Part shown: positions 25,837 through 38,744 of the stretch, piece by piece
How the letters are laid out: each line of letters starts with the position of its first letter
Position numbering within the stretch: the first letter of the stretch is position 1
From: Octopus sinensis
Lineage: Eukaryota
Direction of reading: 5' to 3'
Assembly: GCF_006345805.1 (NCBI RefSeq)
Contig: NC_043007.1
Location: 63,116,001 to 63,180,000 of the forward strand
Length of the DNA stretch: 64,000 nt
Translations under genes and position numbers: made by a program
The notes under the pieces: generated by a model
What the model saw: the letters and a program-made list of their open reading frames with translations, nothing else
Database searches by the model: none
What the model was told of the DNA's origin: nothing

Positions 25837-26110
25837 AAGGTGTCCACAAAAACACTCCCTGATTTCATGGTGTTATGATATTTAAAAAGTTCAAATATAT
25901 TGATAAACATGTTGTAAACTGATTCTCTAACAACAGTTATTTCAATTTTTCCAGGTGATTAGATATCTTTGACCTGAAAACTACAGGGGTGCAAGGATAT
26001 CTAAAAATGGCTACCACCCCACAGCAATGCAGCTAATGTGTACTGGAATCTGCAAGATCAAACAGTGTTGTGGCTGTGCAACATGCTTTCAGACTCAAGT
26101 ATCATACGAA
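25837..26110 (+). mobile_element. 5' fragment of a mariner/Tc1-type element
   Basis: TIR-like caaggtgtccacaaaaa and an N-terminal HTH-like MATTPQQ..CVLE.ARSNSVVAVQHAFRLKY. Confidence 0.55.
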
Positions 26111-26189
26111 ATGGTGGATTTTGAAAAATTATAACATGTAAACACAAGGCATGTTCTGTATCACCTTGTCTTTATATGTTAATCTTGGC

Positions 26190-26264
26190 TTTCCTGCTGA
26201 TGAGAGCTTCGTCTTGTAAATTATTTTATTTGGTGAAGATAGCTTGAAACCATGGTACAGGAAA
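26190..26264 (+). ncRNA. Type I hammerhead ribozyme motif (antisense to EGLN1)
   Basis: UUUCCUG-CUGAUGA-GAGCU..AGCUU-GAAA-C-CAUG-GUA-CAGGAAA. Perfect 7-bp stem I, canonical CUGAUGA, 5-bp stem II, and palindromic stem III ACCAUGGU; predicted cleavage after 26257. Confidence 0.82.
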
Positions 26265-27386
26265 TGTAAATGTTTTTATTTTTCATTCCCTTTTGAAATT
26301 ACCCCTAATAGTTGTTTGGAGTTTAACTACTCTTTCTAGCAGGTTAGATGTCCTGTTATGGCCATCTCTTATGTGTTTAAATGTACACTGAATTTTTATA
26401 TGAATAATATATTGTCTATTGACTAGTTTTTTCTTCTTGCTAGACCACTGGTAGCAAAGAAATTTTCTAAATTTTTTTTGCTACCCTGGAATTTGTTATT
26501 AATTAGATATGTATCTCAGATATATTCAAATAAAACACTATTCACTTATCCATAAGTACTTTCTTTGGCCCTTCCATCAGTAAGGACTACCCACTACCAG
26601 ACTATTCATGTCTGAAATATTCTTATATTGATATTTGAATTTGTATTATCTATATTTTAATTTTATTTTTATACTTTTGTTTTACTGGTCTTGGAATTCA
26701 GTGATAGCCCTAACGGACTTGAACAACACCATTGTTTTTAAATATTAGCTGACCAATTAGGTTGTAAGATTGACTCTGCCCCATCCTTACATATGGGGGT
26801 TTGGGGATTAGGTTTCAGTCAAGAAGTAATTAATATTAGCATCGCATTTAGGCTTCACCCAATTTTCTTTCATAATGGGTTTAATCTAAGTTATTTCTGC
26901 CAACTCCATTTATAATGCTATATCTAGTAAATAGCAGTTAGCATCTAACCTTTAACCACTGTAACATGGACCAAACCATTAAACTCACCACATAACATAC
27001 TACCCTTGCTATTTCCCCCAGTACAATGGAAACATGATTTAAACCACAGCCTGCAGAAATTTTCTTGAGTGTGACTTTATTCATCTACTTACCACAGGAT
27101 GGAATACCATGGATTATATTAACACCTTAACTGAAGTCCTTACTTTACCTTTCCTTACTATGTCTATCACATTATTTTATTTTACCCAACTCTATCTGAC
27201 TTGCACACATTAGTTCCCTAACAATCGGACCCTCCAAAGAAGCCTATTATCCAAATCCTGTCCAATGTCTGTTCATCCTTGTATATCACCGACGTGATGA
27301 AGATAACTTGGAAGTTTTTCTTGCCTCATGGTAGAAACGGTCATAAGGGATTAGTACCTGTACACTCATCTATTATTATTCATTTG

Positions 27387-27424
<38 letters not shown>

Positions 27425-27529
27425 TAGCAGAAATACTCATTATTGACTGGGTTCAGAAAGAGCCTTAAAAAATTATACCCTGATTTATGAAAGTTACTGC
27501 TTCGATATTATTGAATGTTTTGTACCGAA

Positions 27530-27561
<32 letters not shown>

Positions 27562-28559
27562 CAGGGAAAAAATAAGTTCAAAAGAGAACAATTCAAACTT
27601 TTTGAGAAGTCCAAAAAGAGAGCAAGAATGATTTCTAATAAAGATTCATCATATTTATAAAAAACAGCCAGAGAAAGTAATAAGCATATGAAAATAGTAG
27701 TTGGAAAATATCGTTATAGGTATAAATATACCATAAAAAAATTATAGAAAAATAGAGAAGAAAAAGATGTTGCATCAAAATTAGATTTAATACAAAATAG
27801 GATTCAATACATATGTGTGTTTCAAAGGACAATACAAATATGTAAGAATAAATTTATAACCATAGTAATTATAATTAAATTTATGTGTTGTCATTTTTAT
27901 CAGTGTGAGGAATTTTTGTAAGGACATCAAAAAAGGTTTAATAAAATAAAGTAAATTAAAATAAGATACAATAAGGGGGGATACAAATAGGGTAATAGGA
28001 AAAAAATCTGGTATTTACAAGCAAGTTGTAAAAGGGTAAAAAATAACAGTAATAATTAATAGTAAGAGAGACGAAAGAAAAAAAAAAGACATATCAATGT
28101 GTATGCACATCTAAATGTGAAGTAAACTATAACGTAAAAATAAGAATAAAAATCTAACAGTTATGTTTTAAAAAATGGTAACAAGTCAAGACAAAGTATA
28201 ATAAACAGGGCCATGTGTGTATAGTAGAATATAATGTAACAGGTGGACAAGTAGAAAAAAACCATTGAGAGTTATACGTATATATATTGAAAAACGAAAA
28301 AATATATTTTACATGAGGCTAAAAGTGATAGGCAAGACTGTGTTTGAAAAAAGTTACAATATTTAAGTAAAAATGTACATGCAAGCAGAGAAAACCAAAG
28401 AGAACTTAACAAGGAAAAAACATCGATCACAGACAAGACTGGCCAGTGTATTCAAGATAGCTACCTTACTCAAAAACTAGCCTGGGGTAGGGGAGACAAT
28501 CAGAAAAATTTGGAAAAAAAAAATGAAAATATGAAGGACAAAATTATTATAAAATTACA

Positions 28560-30990
28560 AGTGATGGGCCACCACTCAGGCCCATCTTGTGGCCTTGATT
28601 CCCTCACAACCCACTGCACAAAGCCTAGTCCTGACAATGCAACCAATGTGTCTGGCTTCGAGGTGCTGGTTTAACACCAGTCTCTTGGCCTTCACCTGAG
28701 CTGCAGAGCCAGTTTTCATTGCTTCCTCTAAATCCTTAACAAAAACTGATTCCCTCCTAGCCTCTCTAGCCACTAAACCTGTGTTATATCTAATAAACTC
28801 AAATTTAATGACTCGCTTGAGGGCATACCACCATTTATTATTAATAATGGAACAGGTTAATGCCCTCTAAATCAACAACTTAATCCGGTCTCTGCACTCC
28901 TTAATTGCCAAAAGGGACGTATTAAGTTTCCAGACCATTTTATGATCACTGTAGCTGACTGGGTGTAACTGTGGACACCTAGCTATATTTCTATCTGCTT
29001 TTCTAATTAACACTCTATCTAGGTATGACCTAGAAGATCCGTCGCTATTTGACCAGGTCCACAATGGAGTGTTCGGAAATTCCAACCTATAAGGATCTGC
29101 TAGCTCAAAGTGGCTTAGCAGTTCCAGGAAGCAAGGATTACTTTTTCTATCTGTACACAAGCCAACATAATCTACATGTGCCTTGCAGATTGTGTTATAG
29201 TCTCCTAGCACAACTAAAGAATGTGATGTACCAAGAAACTTTTCCAGATTCCGAAAATATTCGCTTTGCCCAGTTGGTGTGGGTGCATAAATTGCAACCA
29301 GTCTGATAACTTTACCACGGCTGAATGTCAAGTCCATGATGACCAGGCTACCTTCTGGATCTGAAAAAATTAACTTTTTCCAAATTACGCAACCTGATGT
29401 AATTAAGGAAGCAACCTTGCTTCCAACCTGACACCAGGCCATGCACATTTATACAGCCTACATGAATGGGTGACACTACTTACCTCCGGTCAATGGTTCA
29501 AGGAGGAATCTCCTTCCTCTATTTCCTTTCTCTTGGGCTCGTGAGGCTTTTTATACATAGACCCTCATAAATGTAAGGGCAATAGTCCATCCTGAGAGGA
29601 CCTACATCATGAAAAAGTTCGAACTTTATCTGTCCGTAATCCTTCCAGCCTATCCTGTAAATAAAAAAGTCTTTTGATGTGATATTCTCTATCCATTTGG
29701 CTGATGAAATGACTGCCAAACGGTTAATGAGTCTATTATTTGAGACATTAATAGCCATATAATGTCATTGTTATTATTATTTTTTCGTTCTTTTTTTTTA
29801 AAGCTCAGTTTGGAAGATGTGGTCTGTATTGTTGTTTTCTTCTGCTTTTTAATTACAGATGACCACCCCTCCTTTTTGTCTTCGTCCTTTTCTTTTCTCT
29901 CCTCCTCTTGTTCAGGTGTCGTTTCATTTGGTGTTGTATCTGTAGTAGTTTCTTCTGCTTCTTTGTCTTCACGCAAGGGGCTCATACAGAGGCCCTCTTG
30001 TTGCACCTTCTTTGCAGGTTTACATTCGGTCCTTATATGGCCTTTCAATCCGCAGTTGAAGCATCTGGGCGATCATCCTTCTACGACAACGATAAGTCTT
30101 TCTTCTTTCCAGGTTATTACTTCTGGAATTTCTTCCAGTGTGGGGACTTCTGCTTGGATGAGCATGTTTAGAACTTGTCCCTTCCAGTTAACTTCCTCTA
30201 CCACTGTTGCCTGGGAGATGGTAATTTTTTTCCTCCAGGTCCATTATTATTGCCACCACTAGCCAGGCAGCATCTAATTCAGGAGGAATATTTGTTATTC
30301 TAACTTTTGATGTTCTTCTTCCCATATATATGGGGAGAAGAACCACCTCCTCACTTCGTAACATTTCTGAGTGCCGCCTGGCTACTTCCTCAGATATAAA
30401 TCTCACTTCCACTGTTCCAAATTTTTTTCCTCGTTAAAAATGATATATCTGACCATATTGGTCTAAGACATTTTTCCTCTATTCTATCGATTTTTTTCTT
30501 TTCCACATAATAGGTCTTATATATGATTCATTTTTTTCTACTTCTTCCAATGTTTCTTTGGGAGGGAACGCTTGTATTTCTGTCCCCTCCCTCTTTAACA
30601 TTGCCATGAATTGTTCCAAGTTTTTCTTGCCTGTATTTACTGTTATTTCCTTCTTACCAGCTGCCGCCGTGAAGTTCAGCAGTTTTGGCGACACCGCCGG
30701 TGAGACTTCACCTGTCAAAACAGGCATATTCAAAATTACTGGTGAGTCTTCTGGTAACGCCATAGTTTTGTTTTGTCAAACACAAGGCTAAACGCCAAAC
30801 ACACAAACTAAATTTGGACTTACGTCCCACAGAAATGGCTCAAAGCCACACAGTTCAGCAATAATTTCCTCACAGGGGCTAACTGACAACAAGTCACTTC
30901 AGCAAAGCAATAAACAGTTCTTCAACAAAATTGCAAAACCACAGCAACTCACCGTAACAATGTACAATCCCACAGGAAGCACTGGAAAAC
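28560..30990 (-). mobile_element. Tx1/L1-clade LINE: ORF1 (RRM-like region plus CCHC knuckle) and ORF2 APE endonuclease, lacking RT
   Basis: ORF1 from ATG 30763 with CFNCGLKGHIRTEC at 30022-30063. ORF2 VGCINVHGL, IRLVAIYAP, VLGDYN, WTWSN, SYLDRVL, YSDHKMV. Interrupted by stops and frameshifts. Confidence 0.88.
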
Positions 30991-31304
30991 TGTTCACACA
31001 ACAAGAGACTAAGAAAATGTCAGCCACTCGAAAAAATTAAGACATTGTGCTTACCAACCTTTATAGTTATCTAATATTATCTAATTAGCATATAATCAGA
31101 AGACTATGGTAATGGTATGTGCTAAGTTCAACCCAGACTAACCCATTATTGCACTTTTAATTTTATTCCCATGTTTTTATGACATTAGTTATTTAAGTTC
31201 AAATCATACCTATTACACTATTGCAAGTATTGTTAACACTAGCAATCTCAAAATAAAGCAGTGTATTTTATACACACACACACACATACATATATATATA
31301 TATT

Positions 31305-32525
31305 GGAATTTATGAAAAAAAACAAAAAAAGACGACAATGGGTGTGTAAACAACAAACAGATGTATTAGTTTAATGCTCAGGATGTGAGGAAGTCTTTTA
31401 CATTTCGAGCCTATGCCCTTCAATAGAAAGGAACACAGAAATAAACAGAGGGAGAAAATAAAAAAGGTTTAGTGGCTAGTGATCAGTCGTGGCGAATGCC
31501 AGACAGAGGTAGTCAGACAGTAGAGCTGGGAAGAAGGGGAGATAAGAAAAGTAGTGGTGATCCCAAAACGAAGGTGCGCATGCGTGAGAGCATGTATGTG
31601 CATGTGGATAGGAGCTGGTGACCTTGATGTGTGCGTGTATGTATATGTAGGTGTGTGGATGATGGTGTGGGTACTGGGAAGCGGTCAGTGCTAGTGTGTG
31701 CAGGGTGGTGTGATGTGGTGTGGTGGTGTAGTGTTGGGGTGTGGAGGATGCTAGTCTGGGGTGTGGGTGGGTGTAGGGTATGTGGGAGTGGGTGTGAGGG
31801 TGGGTGGGGTATGTGGGAGTGGAATGTGTAGGATGAGGTGGGAGTGGGATGGGATGGGAAGTGTTCTGCGAACCGGTCAACCAAGCAGCGTCCCATTTGA
31901 CCAATGTACAGAGAAAGCAGGAGATGCAGTAGATGACATTGCTAGAAGTGTAGGTAAAGGCATCAGTGATATGATAGGATCAATGATGGGTGCCGGTGAG
32001 GATGGTGGTATTGGAGACGTAAGAGCAAGTGCGGCAGCGTGAGCAGGAGCAGGGGAACGAGCCAGGCTGGGAGGTTGGATTAGGGAAGAAACTGTGGACC
32101 AGGAAGTCATGTAGGTTGTGGGCTCATTTGAAGGAAGGGAGGGGTCAGTTAGGGAAGATGTGCGAAGTGAAGGAGTCAGACAGAAGTTGCCGGAAGGCTC
32201 AGAGAATGGTACATTGGAGAGGTAGGGTGGAGGGATGATAGGTGAGGGGAAACAGGAGATGGCGTGGCAAGTGAGGGGGAGATAGAGCAGACGCACAGTC
32301 CACAGAACGTGTTCTGGCAAGGGTGGTGTGGATAGTGGTGAGGGGATATCCACGTAGGATTAAGTGGCGAATCATGAGTTGAGACTGAGCCTCAAAGTCA
32401 TGGTTGCTACTGCAGAGCCTGTACAAATGGAGGAATTGGGAATAGGGGATGGAGAGCTTGGTGTGTTTAGAGTGGGAAGAGCACTGTGTGTTTGTAGTGG
32501 ATGGAGGTGGTGAGAATGGACTGAT
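31305..32525 (-). mobile_element. 5'-truncated Penelope-like (Neptune-type) element: RT thumb, GIY-YIG and pLTR
   Basis: SIHYKHT..SSHSKHTKLSIPYSQFLHLYRLCS...RGYP, FPLTYHP, SNVIYCISC, GRCLVDRFAEH. The 3' pLTR with a degenerate hammerhead ends in (TA)n and is homologous to 58623-58805. Confidence 0.85.
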
Positions 32526-32529
32526 GAAA

Positions 32530-33560
32530 AAGACCATCTCTTGTGAAGAAAGTACCCCCCCCCCCCAGCATAGACTAGTTATTAGTGACTTTAGACTCAA
32601 GGCCAGAAGGATGCCAAAAAGCAGACCAATCTGGAAAAGAAAGACTTGGAAGCTTAAGAACCCTTCACATGGTCAGAGATTTAGGGATATCCTTACTGAA
32701 AAATTTGATGATAGGGAGGAGCTACAGTCCTGTGACATAGAAGGCAGCTGTGAATTCCTGCGAGACAGCTTGCTGAGCACCACAGACCAAATCTGTGGCT
32801 GGTGCAAAGTCCCTTCCAGACCTAAGGTAACAAGGTAGTGGAACAATACTTGAGACAGGGCCATTAGAGCAAAGAACCAGGCTTGGAATGCCTGGAAGAG
32901 TTGGGGTAGCAAGAGAATGTATCATATAGCCAAAAGGGAAGCTAGGAGACAGGTATATAAAGCCAAGGGAGTAGGAGAAAAGAAGTTTGCCAATGTTCAG
33001 CAATGTTAGGACCAAAGAACTGAAGTATTTCAGATTGCAAGACAGTGTGTGAGAGAAAACCATGATGTCATAGGAGAGAAATGTGTCCGCATGGATGGTG
33101 CCCTTGTGCTTAATGATTCTGCAAAGAAAGAGGTTTGGAGATGCCATTATGAAAGACTGCTGAATGTGGAGAATGAATGGGAGGAGGAGAGTCTGCCAAA
33201 GATTGACCCAATTGAGGGACCATCTACCTGAATCAACAGTACCCTAGTAGATAAAGCAATTAAGGATATGAAGACAGGGAAAGTACCTAGCCCATCAGGA
33301 ATCACCGCTGAGATGCTTAAAATATCGGGCAGTGTGGGTTATGGTCTTGTCACCCGCATTGTAAATCAGGTAGTTTATGAAAGAGTGGTGTAGCAGCACC
33401 CAATGACTGGTGTAGCAGCACCAGAGTCAACTGCTACAAAGGTAAAGGTGATGCTTTAGATAGAAATAACTAAAGTGGTATCAAATTAATGGATCAGGTG
33501 ATCCATGAAAGTTACAAAGAGGGTCATAGTCCAACTAATTAGGACAACTAGATGAGATCG
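32530..33560 (+). mobile_element. RTE LINE middle fragment (APE end, linker, RT start)
   Basis: QHRLVISDF, KEVWRCHYERLLNVENEW and VDKAIKDMKTGKVPSPSGITAEMLK, homologous to 38745-39200. Confidence 0.85.
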
Positions 33561-33678
33561 CAGCCATGGCTGATGCCAGTGTGCATGCCTGGCCTATTTA
33601 AGAGTACCCTTGATGCATCAGGCGATATGATATGCTTGAGAAGACCTGTTGAGTCAAGTAAAACCAAAATCGTAGCAG

Positions 33679-34060
33679 TTGCCAGTGTCCCCTGACTAGT
33701 TCCTGTACCGGTGGCACATAAAAAGTACCATCCAAACATGGTTGATGCCATGTCTGCCTGACTGGTTCCCATGCCAGTGGCACATAAAAAGCACCATCTG
33801 TACATGGCCGATGCCAGTACCCCTGACTAGCTCCTGTGCTGGTGGCACGTAAAATGCACCATCTGAACGTGGTTGATGCCAGTACCCCTTGACTGGCTTC
33901 CATGCCAGTGATACGTAAAAAGCACTACCCAAACGTGATCGATGCCAGGTCTGCCTGACTGGCCCCTATGACGGTGGCACATAAAAAGCACTATCCGAAC
34001 ATGATCGATGCCAGACCCACCTGACTGGCTCCTGTGCCAATGGTACATAAAAAACACCCA
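33679..34060. repeat. ~65-bp tandem repeat (about 6 units) within an RTE/SINE tail (tail on minus, ~33550-34220)
   Basis: Units tgcca..cctgactggctcc.gtgcc.gtggcac.taaaaagcaccatc.gaac.tgg.(t/c)ga at ~33679, 33746, 33811, 33876, 33942 and 34008. Confidence 0.85.
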
Positions 34061-34806
34061 CTACACTCTCGGAGTGGTTGGCGTTAGGAAGGCCATCCAA
34101 CTGTAGAAACATTGCCAGATCAGATTGGAGCCTGGTGTAGCTGCTTGCCCTACAGACCTCAGTCAAACCGTCCAATCCATGCCAGCATGGAAAACGGACG
34201 TTAAACGATGATGATGACATATATATATGCACATACATTAACCCATATATATACATATATACATATATGCATATATATGCATACATACATATACACACAC
34301 ATGTACATACATACATAAACACACACATATATATAAATACATACACACACATACACAATCATTCAGTAAAAACATAAATACTCATATATTTCTTAATTGA
34401 CATCAGAGTAAATGAAATCTATCAATCCTCTGAACTTGATACTAAAAGTGAAACTTTTACGCAGTAGATATTTATTCCCTTACACTTCAAAACATGAGGA
34501 CTAACTAAATTGGTAGTGCGTGAGCATTTGTCTCTGTGACCTGGTTGGCATAACTCTTCTGAGTAGCATTTTCTCTTTAACAGCCAGCAAAAAGTTAACA
34601 ACCGGTTCTCGTTTAAAATATAATTAAGCCAGTCTCTTAGGCCGGAGCTCATCCCGGTTTCCGTAAAGTAAGCGACTAAGAATACAAGGTAGTCCCTTGA
34701 ACGGGATGTCAGTCTGTAGAGATTCGCTGGTACTTTCAGCTGCGTGAAGTGAAGCTCCGTGATTATGAAGTTGGGGGATAGGCACACTTGTGTAGGTATG
34801 CATGCA

Positions 34807-34846
<40 letters not shown>

Positions 34847-35168
34847 GTAATAAGGCAGGCCTACACAAGTGTGCCTCCCGATCTTGTTCCTTCGTAACTT
34901 TCAGAAAAATGTATATTTTTAAATGAAATTTTCTCCAAATACGTGTGTGTGCGCGCGCGCGTGCATGTGTGTGTGCAATAACTTAAAATTTGAAAAGACT
35001 ATCGCTATGCAACATGTTGAGTTTGAAACCAGTGACATATATAATGATGTCTGTTGGATGGCACAAACAACAGATTAGCAATAATACGTTGAAAATATAA
35101 GAAAAAATGAACAATTCTCTTTAGGCAGTTGAGAAATAAGAAGCTTGAATAATGAAAACAGTACTTAC

Positions 35169-36059
35169 TTTTGTTCTTCCCTTGATTGTATATCGATCTA
35201 ATTGTCCTTTACATGTGAGAATGAGAGAATCTGTGCGGTCGAGAAGGCCTTTAATATTTTTACAACCACTTTCACTACCGTCAACCCACATGATCATATC
35301 ACCGCGTACTTTCGTTTCTTCATTTGAAATGACTTTGTTATTTACTAATAAACCTTGTGTGAAATTACCGGAATCGTAAAGAGCTTTAGCTTCATTTAAA
35401 ATAAGTTCTGCTTCTTTACCCCCAACGAAATTATCGACTAGACAAATACCATATTTCTTCATAGAGTCAATAACATAGTTCACGAGTTCTGTATTTAACG
35501 TCATTTTATGATGTGTCTGTTCAGATTGAGTGTGGACAATAGTCTGATCAGTTTTGGCACTGGTAGAATTGGGTTTTAATGATTGTACTTCCCTGCTTGT
35601 ATTTTCTTGCATTGAAACATTCTTGTTATTCGCAGACGATTTCGAATTATTTTGAATTGCAACACCGGTAGATACTTCGGTCTTTTCTACGCTACTTAAA
35701 TTTGTTGTTGATTTTACTTTCGATGAAATACATTCCTCGGTTGCACCACAAGGATCCAAGTGATTTGTTTTTGATTTAGGTTTTCTCTTGTTAGTTTTTT
35801 TGCAAACTTCTTTGTTTTTTTTCTGTTGATTGAAAGACTCTGGTTCAGACGACGACGATAGAATTGAAGATGAAGAAATAGATGCTGACGAATTCAAGTC
35901 AGATCTTTGAGAACGTTGTTTACTTTTACACGATTTTTTATGAACCTTCCAGTCAGATTTCTGATGATCTTGACTACAATACCATGCATTCCTACACCCC
36001 CCACACAAAGAAAGATTTTCGAATGTTCCACATAGTTGACAAATTTTAGTTGTTGACAT
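35169..36059 (-). CDS. EGLN1: EGLN1/PHD2 coding exon 1 (891 bp, 297 aa): MYND zinc finger, Ser/Lys/Asn-rich linker and N-part of the prolyl hydroxylase domain
   Basis: CQLC..CGGC...YCSQDHQKSDWKVHKKSC (MYND); YGICLVDNF, FTQGLLV, VRGDMIMWVDG, IKGRTK, then donor GTAAGT at 35163-35168; start context aaaATG. The ORF track overruns into the intron (VSTVF...). Confidence 0.97.
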
Positions 36060-38400
36060 TTTTAATGTGGAGCTGAGCTAACTTATTAAACAAGCCACAG
36101 TTGCGTATAAATGCTTATTCCCATATACGAACTATATCTTACTGCTATATCTAACATTCAACATATTTTTGCTTTCGATTAAATATTTTACTTATAAGAA
36201 CAATACGATAATTCGATATTTCTATTTTAAAGTTCTCTGATTCAATATAACGGTGGAAAAATGTTGTACTTTATTGTTTTGTTTTGCTACCTGACAATTC
36301 TTTTTCTTGTTATGTCGGTACTGTATTTGACCTCCCTGCTAAACAGGCTTGTCTTTTTTTTTTTTTGTTCTTAAAATTTAGTTATTATATAAACTGCCTG
36401 AGATTGATTGAAATCTAGTAAATTTTTGTTTGTTAACTCTAAAGCATTTTAATTTCAATTTAGATTCACTTAGCATCAAAGAACATGTCAATAAACTTTA
36501 GTTGCTATCTTAAAGAATTACGTACCAATAATTGTTTCATGTCTCAAAACAGAAAACCCTTGTTTCTTGAATTAGTTCTTCAGTTTTTGTTGTTCTGGTT
36601 TAGCAACCCTGAGTGAGTTGAATTATAAACATGAATATTCCAACCATGACCATCCCGAGTTTTCCCTCCTTTCGGATAAGGCAGTTGGAAGACTGCATTA
36701 TCCGAACTATCATTCCGTTTAAAAACAAAACATTGGGAGTGTAATTTGAGATTTGGCTGCTATTTCTAGCTGGTCGATTGTCTAGATAAAGGCTCTCTCG
36801 ATGCGTGAATTCCCTATTTATCAATACAAATCTAATAAACTATAATCTGAATATTACAATGGGAGCAATCTTCTCTGGATAAAAATTTTGTTTATCGAGA
36901 AAAGAAAAAAACAATTTACAAAAGTAAGCATAAAAATGATAAATGAATATTGATTTTAATATTTGTTTCTTGTAAACAGGATCACATTTTTAAGATGAAA
37001 ATAATGACATGAAATTAAATATGATAGTCAGTGTTTCAGTATTGATTTCCTGATGTTTGTTTGAAGCCGGAACTTTTTTAGGAAAGAGAATGTGAAGAAT
37101 TGTGACTTACTTAAAGAACGACGTAAATAACAAGAAATTAAAACCTGATTATGAGTTCGACTTACTAGTCAAGAACCTAATCTACTGTTCAGAACGTTTC
37201 AATTTAAAGACAGACATGAGAGTAACTAATTTATGATAAAATTTGCTGAGTAAAATATTGATGAGTTGATAAATATTTGAAACTTTATAACTAACTTATT
37301 TTTAAACCTTCTTCGCATTAAAGCCTGTAGCGTTTATCAGCAACAAGTGTGATGGCTGTATAATTTCGCCAATGTACTTTTGGTAAATTCTTTCTACTCA
37401 AATGTTATATCACGACTGCGTTTATTATGATTGATTACAATGTTCTGAACACATCGTAATTATGTTTCGACTTTTGAGTTGAAACATTAATTACTAGCTC
37501 GTAACTAGGTTTTAATACCTTGTTAAGAGCCATCTAAGATATTCTTTTAGAAAAACATGGTAGTTACAACCCATCTTCTCTTTCCTGAAAATTTCCGGCT
37601 TTAAACTAACCACTTTATTTATATGCCGTTATTTCCATTCTCCACTAAATATGTGATCCTGATCGTTCCCAAGAAATTAATATTGATATCTTCGATCGGA
37701 TATATGATCCATAAACCAGCCTACCTCAATATATTAACTGCTATATATATATGTATATATATATGTATATATATATCATCATCATATATTTATATATATA
37801 TATATATCGAGAGAGAGAGAGGGGTAGTTTAAGTGCCAAGATATCGATATTCATTTATATACGTAATAAGCTTCACCAAACTCCAACTCACAATAACTTT
37901 TTTGTTCTATGGATGTCAGAATCAGTAATATCAGTCGCATTTATAAAGCCCCTATCCAAACTTTTTGTCCCAAAAACTTTAGGGCGAACTATATTAATAA
38001 TTTTGAAATGTAATCTAGTGAAAGTAATTTTGTCAATCCTTTCAGTTTGTGATCACAGTATGGAAGTGGAAATATTGACACTATTCAACAATGTCTAAGC
38101 AGTCCACTGGGGTTTCTGTTTTTTTAATTTCTTCGGATTTCGATGTTTCAATGTTTTCAAAAACAAGTTACGAATTTACAAAATGAAAATGGATTTAAAA
38201 AAAAAATAACGAAAAACGTTTTCACTTTGTTTAATGCGTACCGCCACCCTACTCACCCCCAACTTTTTCCTTTAACCCAAAGCGCGACGGGCCACGATCA
38301 TCGCACAGACATTTAATTTATGGACGTTTGTTGGGGTCTAATGTCACTCTAACGCTCCGATACCCATCAGAATGCAAGAGGACTAATAGTCCAACTAATG
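36060..38400 (-). promoter_or_regulatory. Probable EGLN1 5'UTR/promoter region (CpG-retaining)
   Basis: CpG dinucleotides are visibly retained from ~34900 to ~38500 compared with old repeats elsewhere, and the region is directly upstream of the ATG. The TSS is not identifiable. Confidence 0.45.
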
Positions 38401-38744
38401 ACTTTTCAGATGATGTAACTAATTTTGTATTTTATGTGTGCATGGTAGTCTCATTTTCATAAAATGCGTTCAGCAGTCCATACTATTTAAGTGCAAATCC
38501 CAGCGCTCTATGGGTTAAAGTTTTCTTTTTCCGAAAAATTCAGGGGACAGGATTCCATGTTAAAAAATGGGTTTTTTCTTTTTTCTAAAAAAAATTTCAA
38601 TGCTGTTTGTTTACAATAATTTTCCACTTTCAGTTTATGATTACAAATTGAAAAAATGCCAAATAAAAATATCCAAATTTTTATAGATGTGTGTGTGTGT
38701 GTATTTATTTATATAGAAAAAAATTGCCAATGTACTGCACCATG

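Noticed and set aside
24322-25910. Many overlapping ORFs rich in Y/I/C/V/H/T
   Set aside because: Translations of TA/CA microsatellites; the same applies to ORFs near 10900, 23100-23800, 34000, 56500 and 59100.
27285-27340. GTGATGA...GAAACGGTC motif
   Set aside because: C3 is altered, and there is no stem II or adjacent stem I pairing.
29762-30262. 166-aa plus ORF
   Set aside because: Antisense shadow of the Tx1 ORF1.
33679-34060. CRISPR-like appearance of regularly spaced repeats
   Set aside because: Eukaryotic context, whole units are homologous (no unique spacers), no cas genes; part of a retroelement tail.
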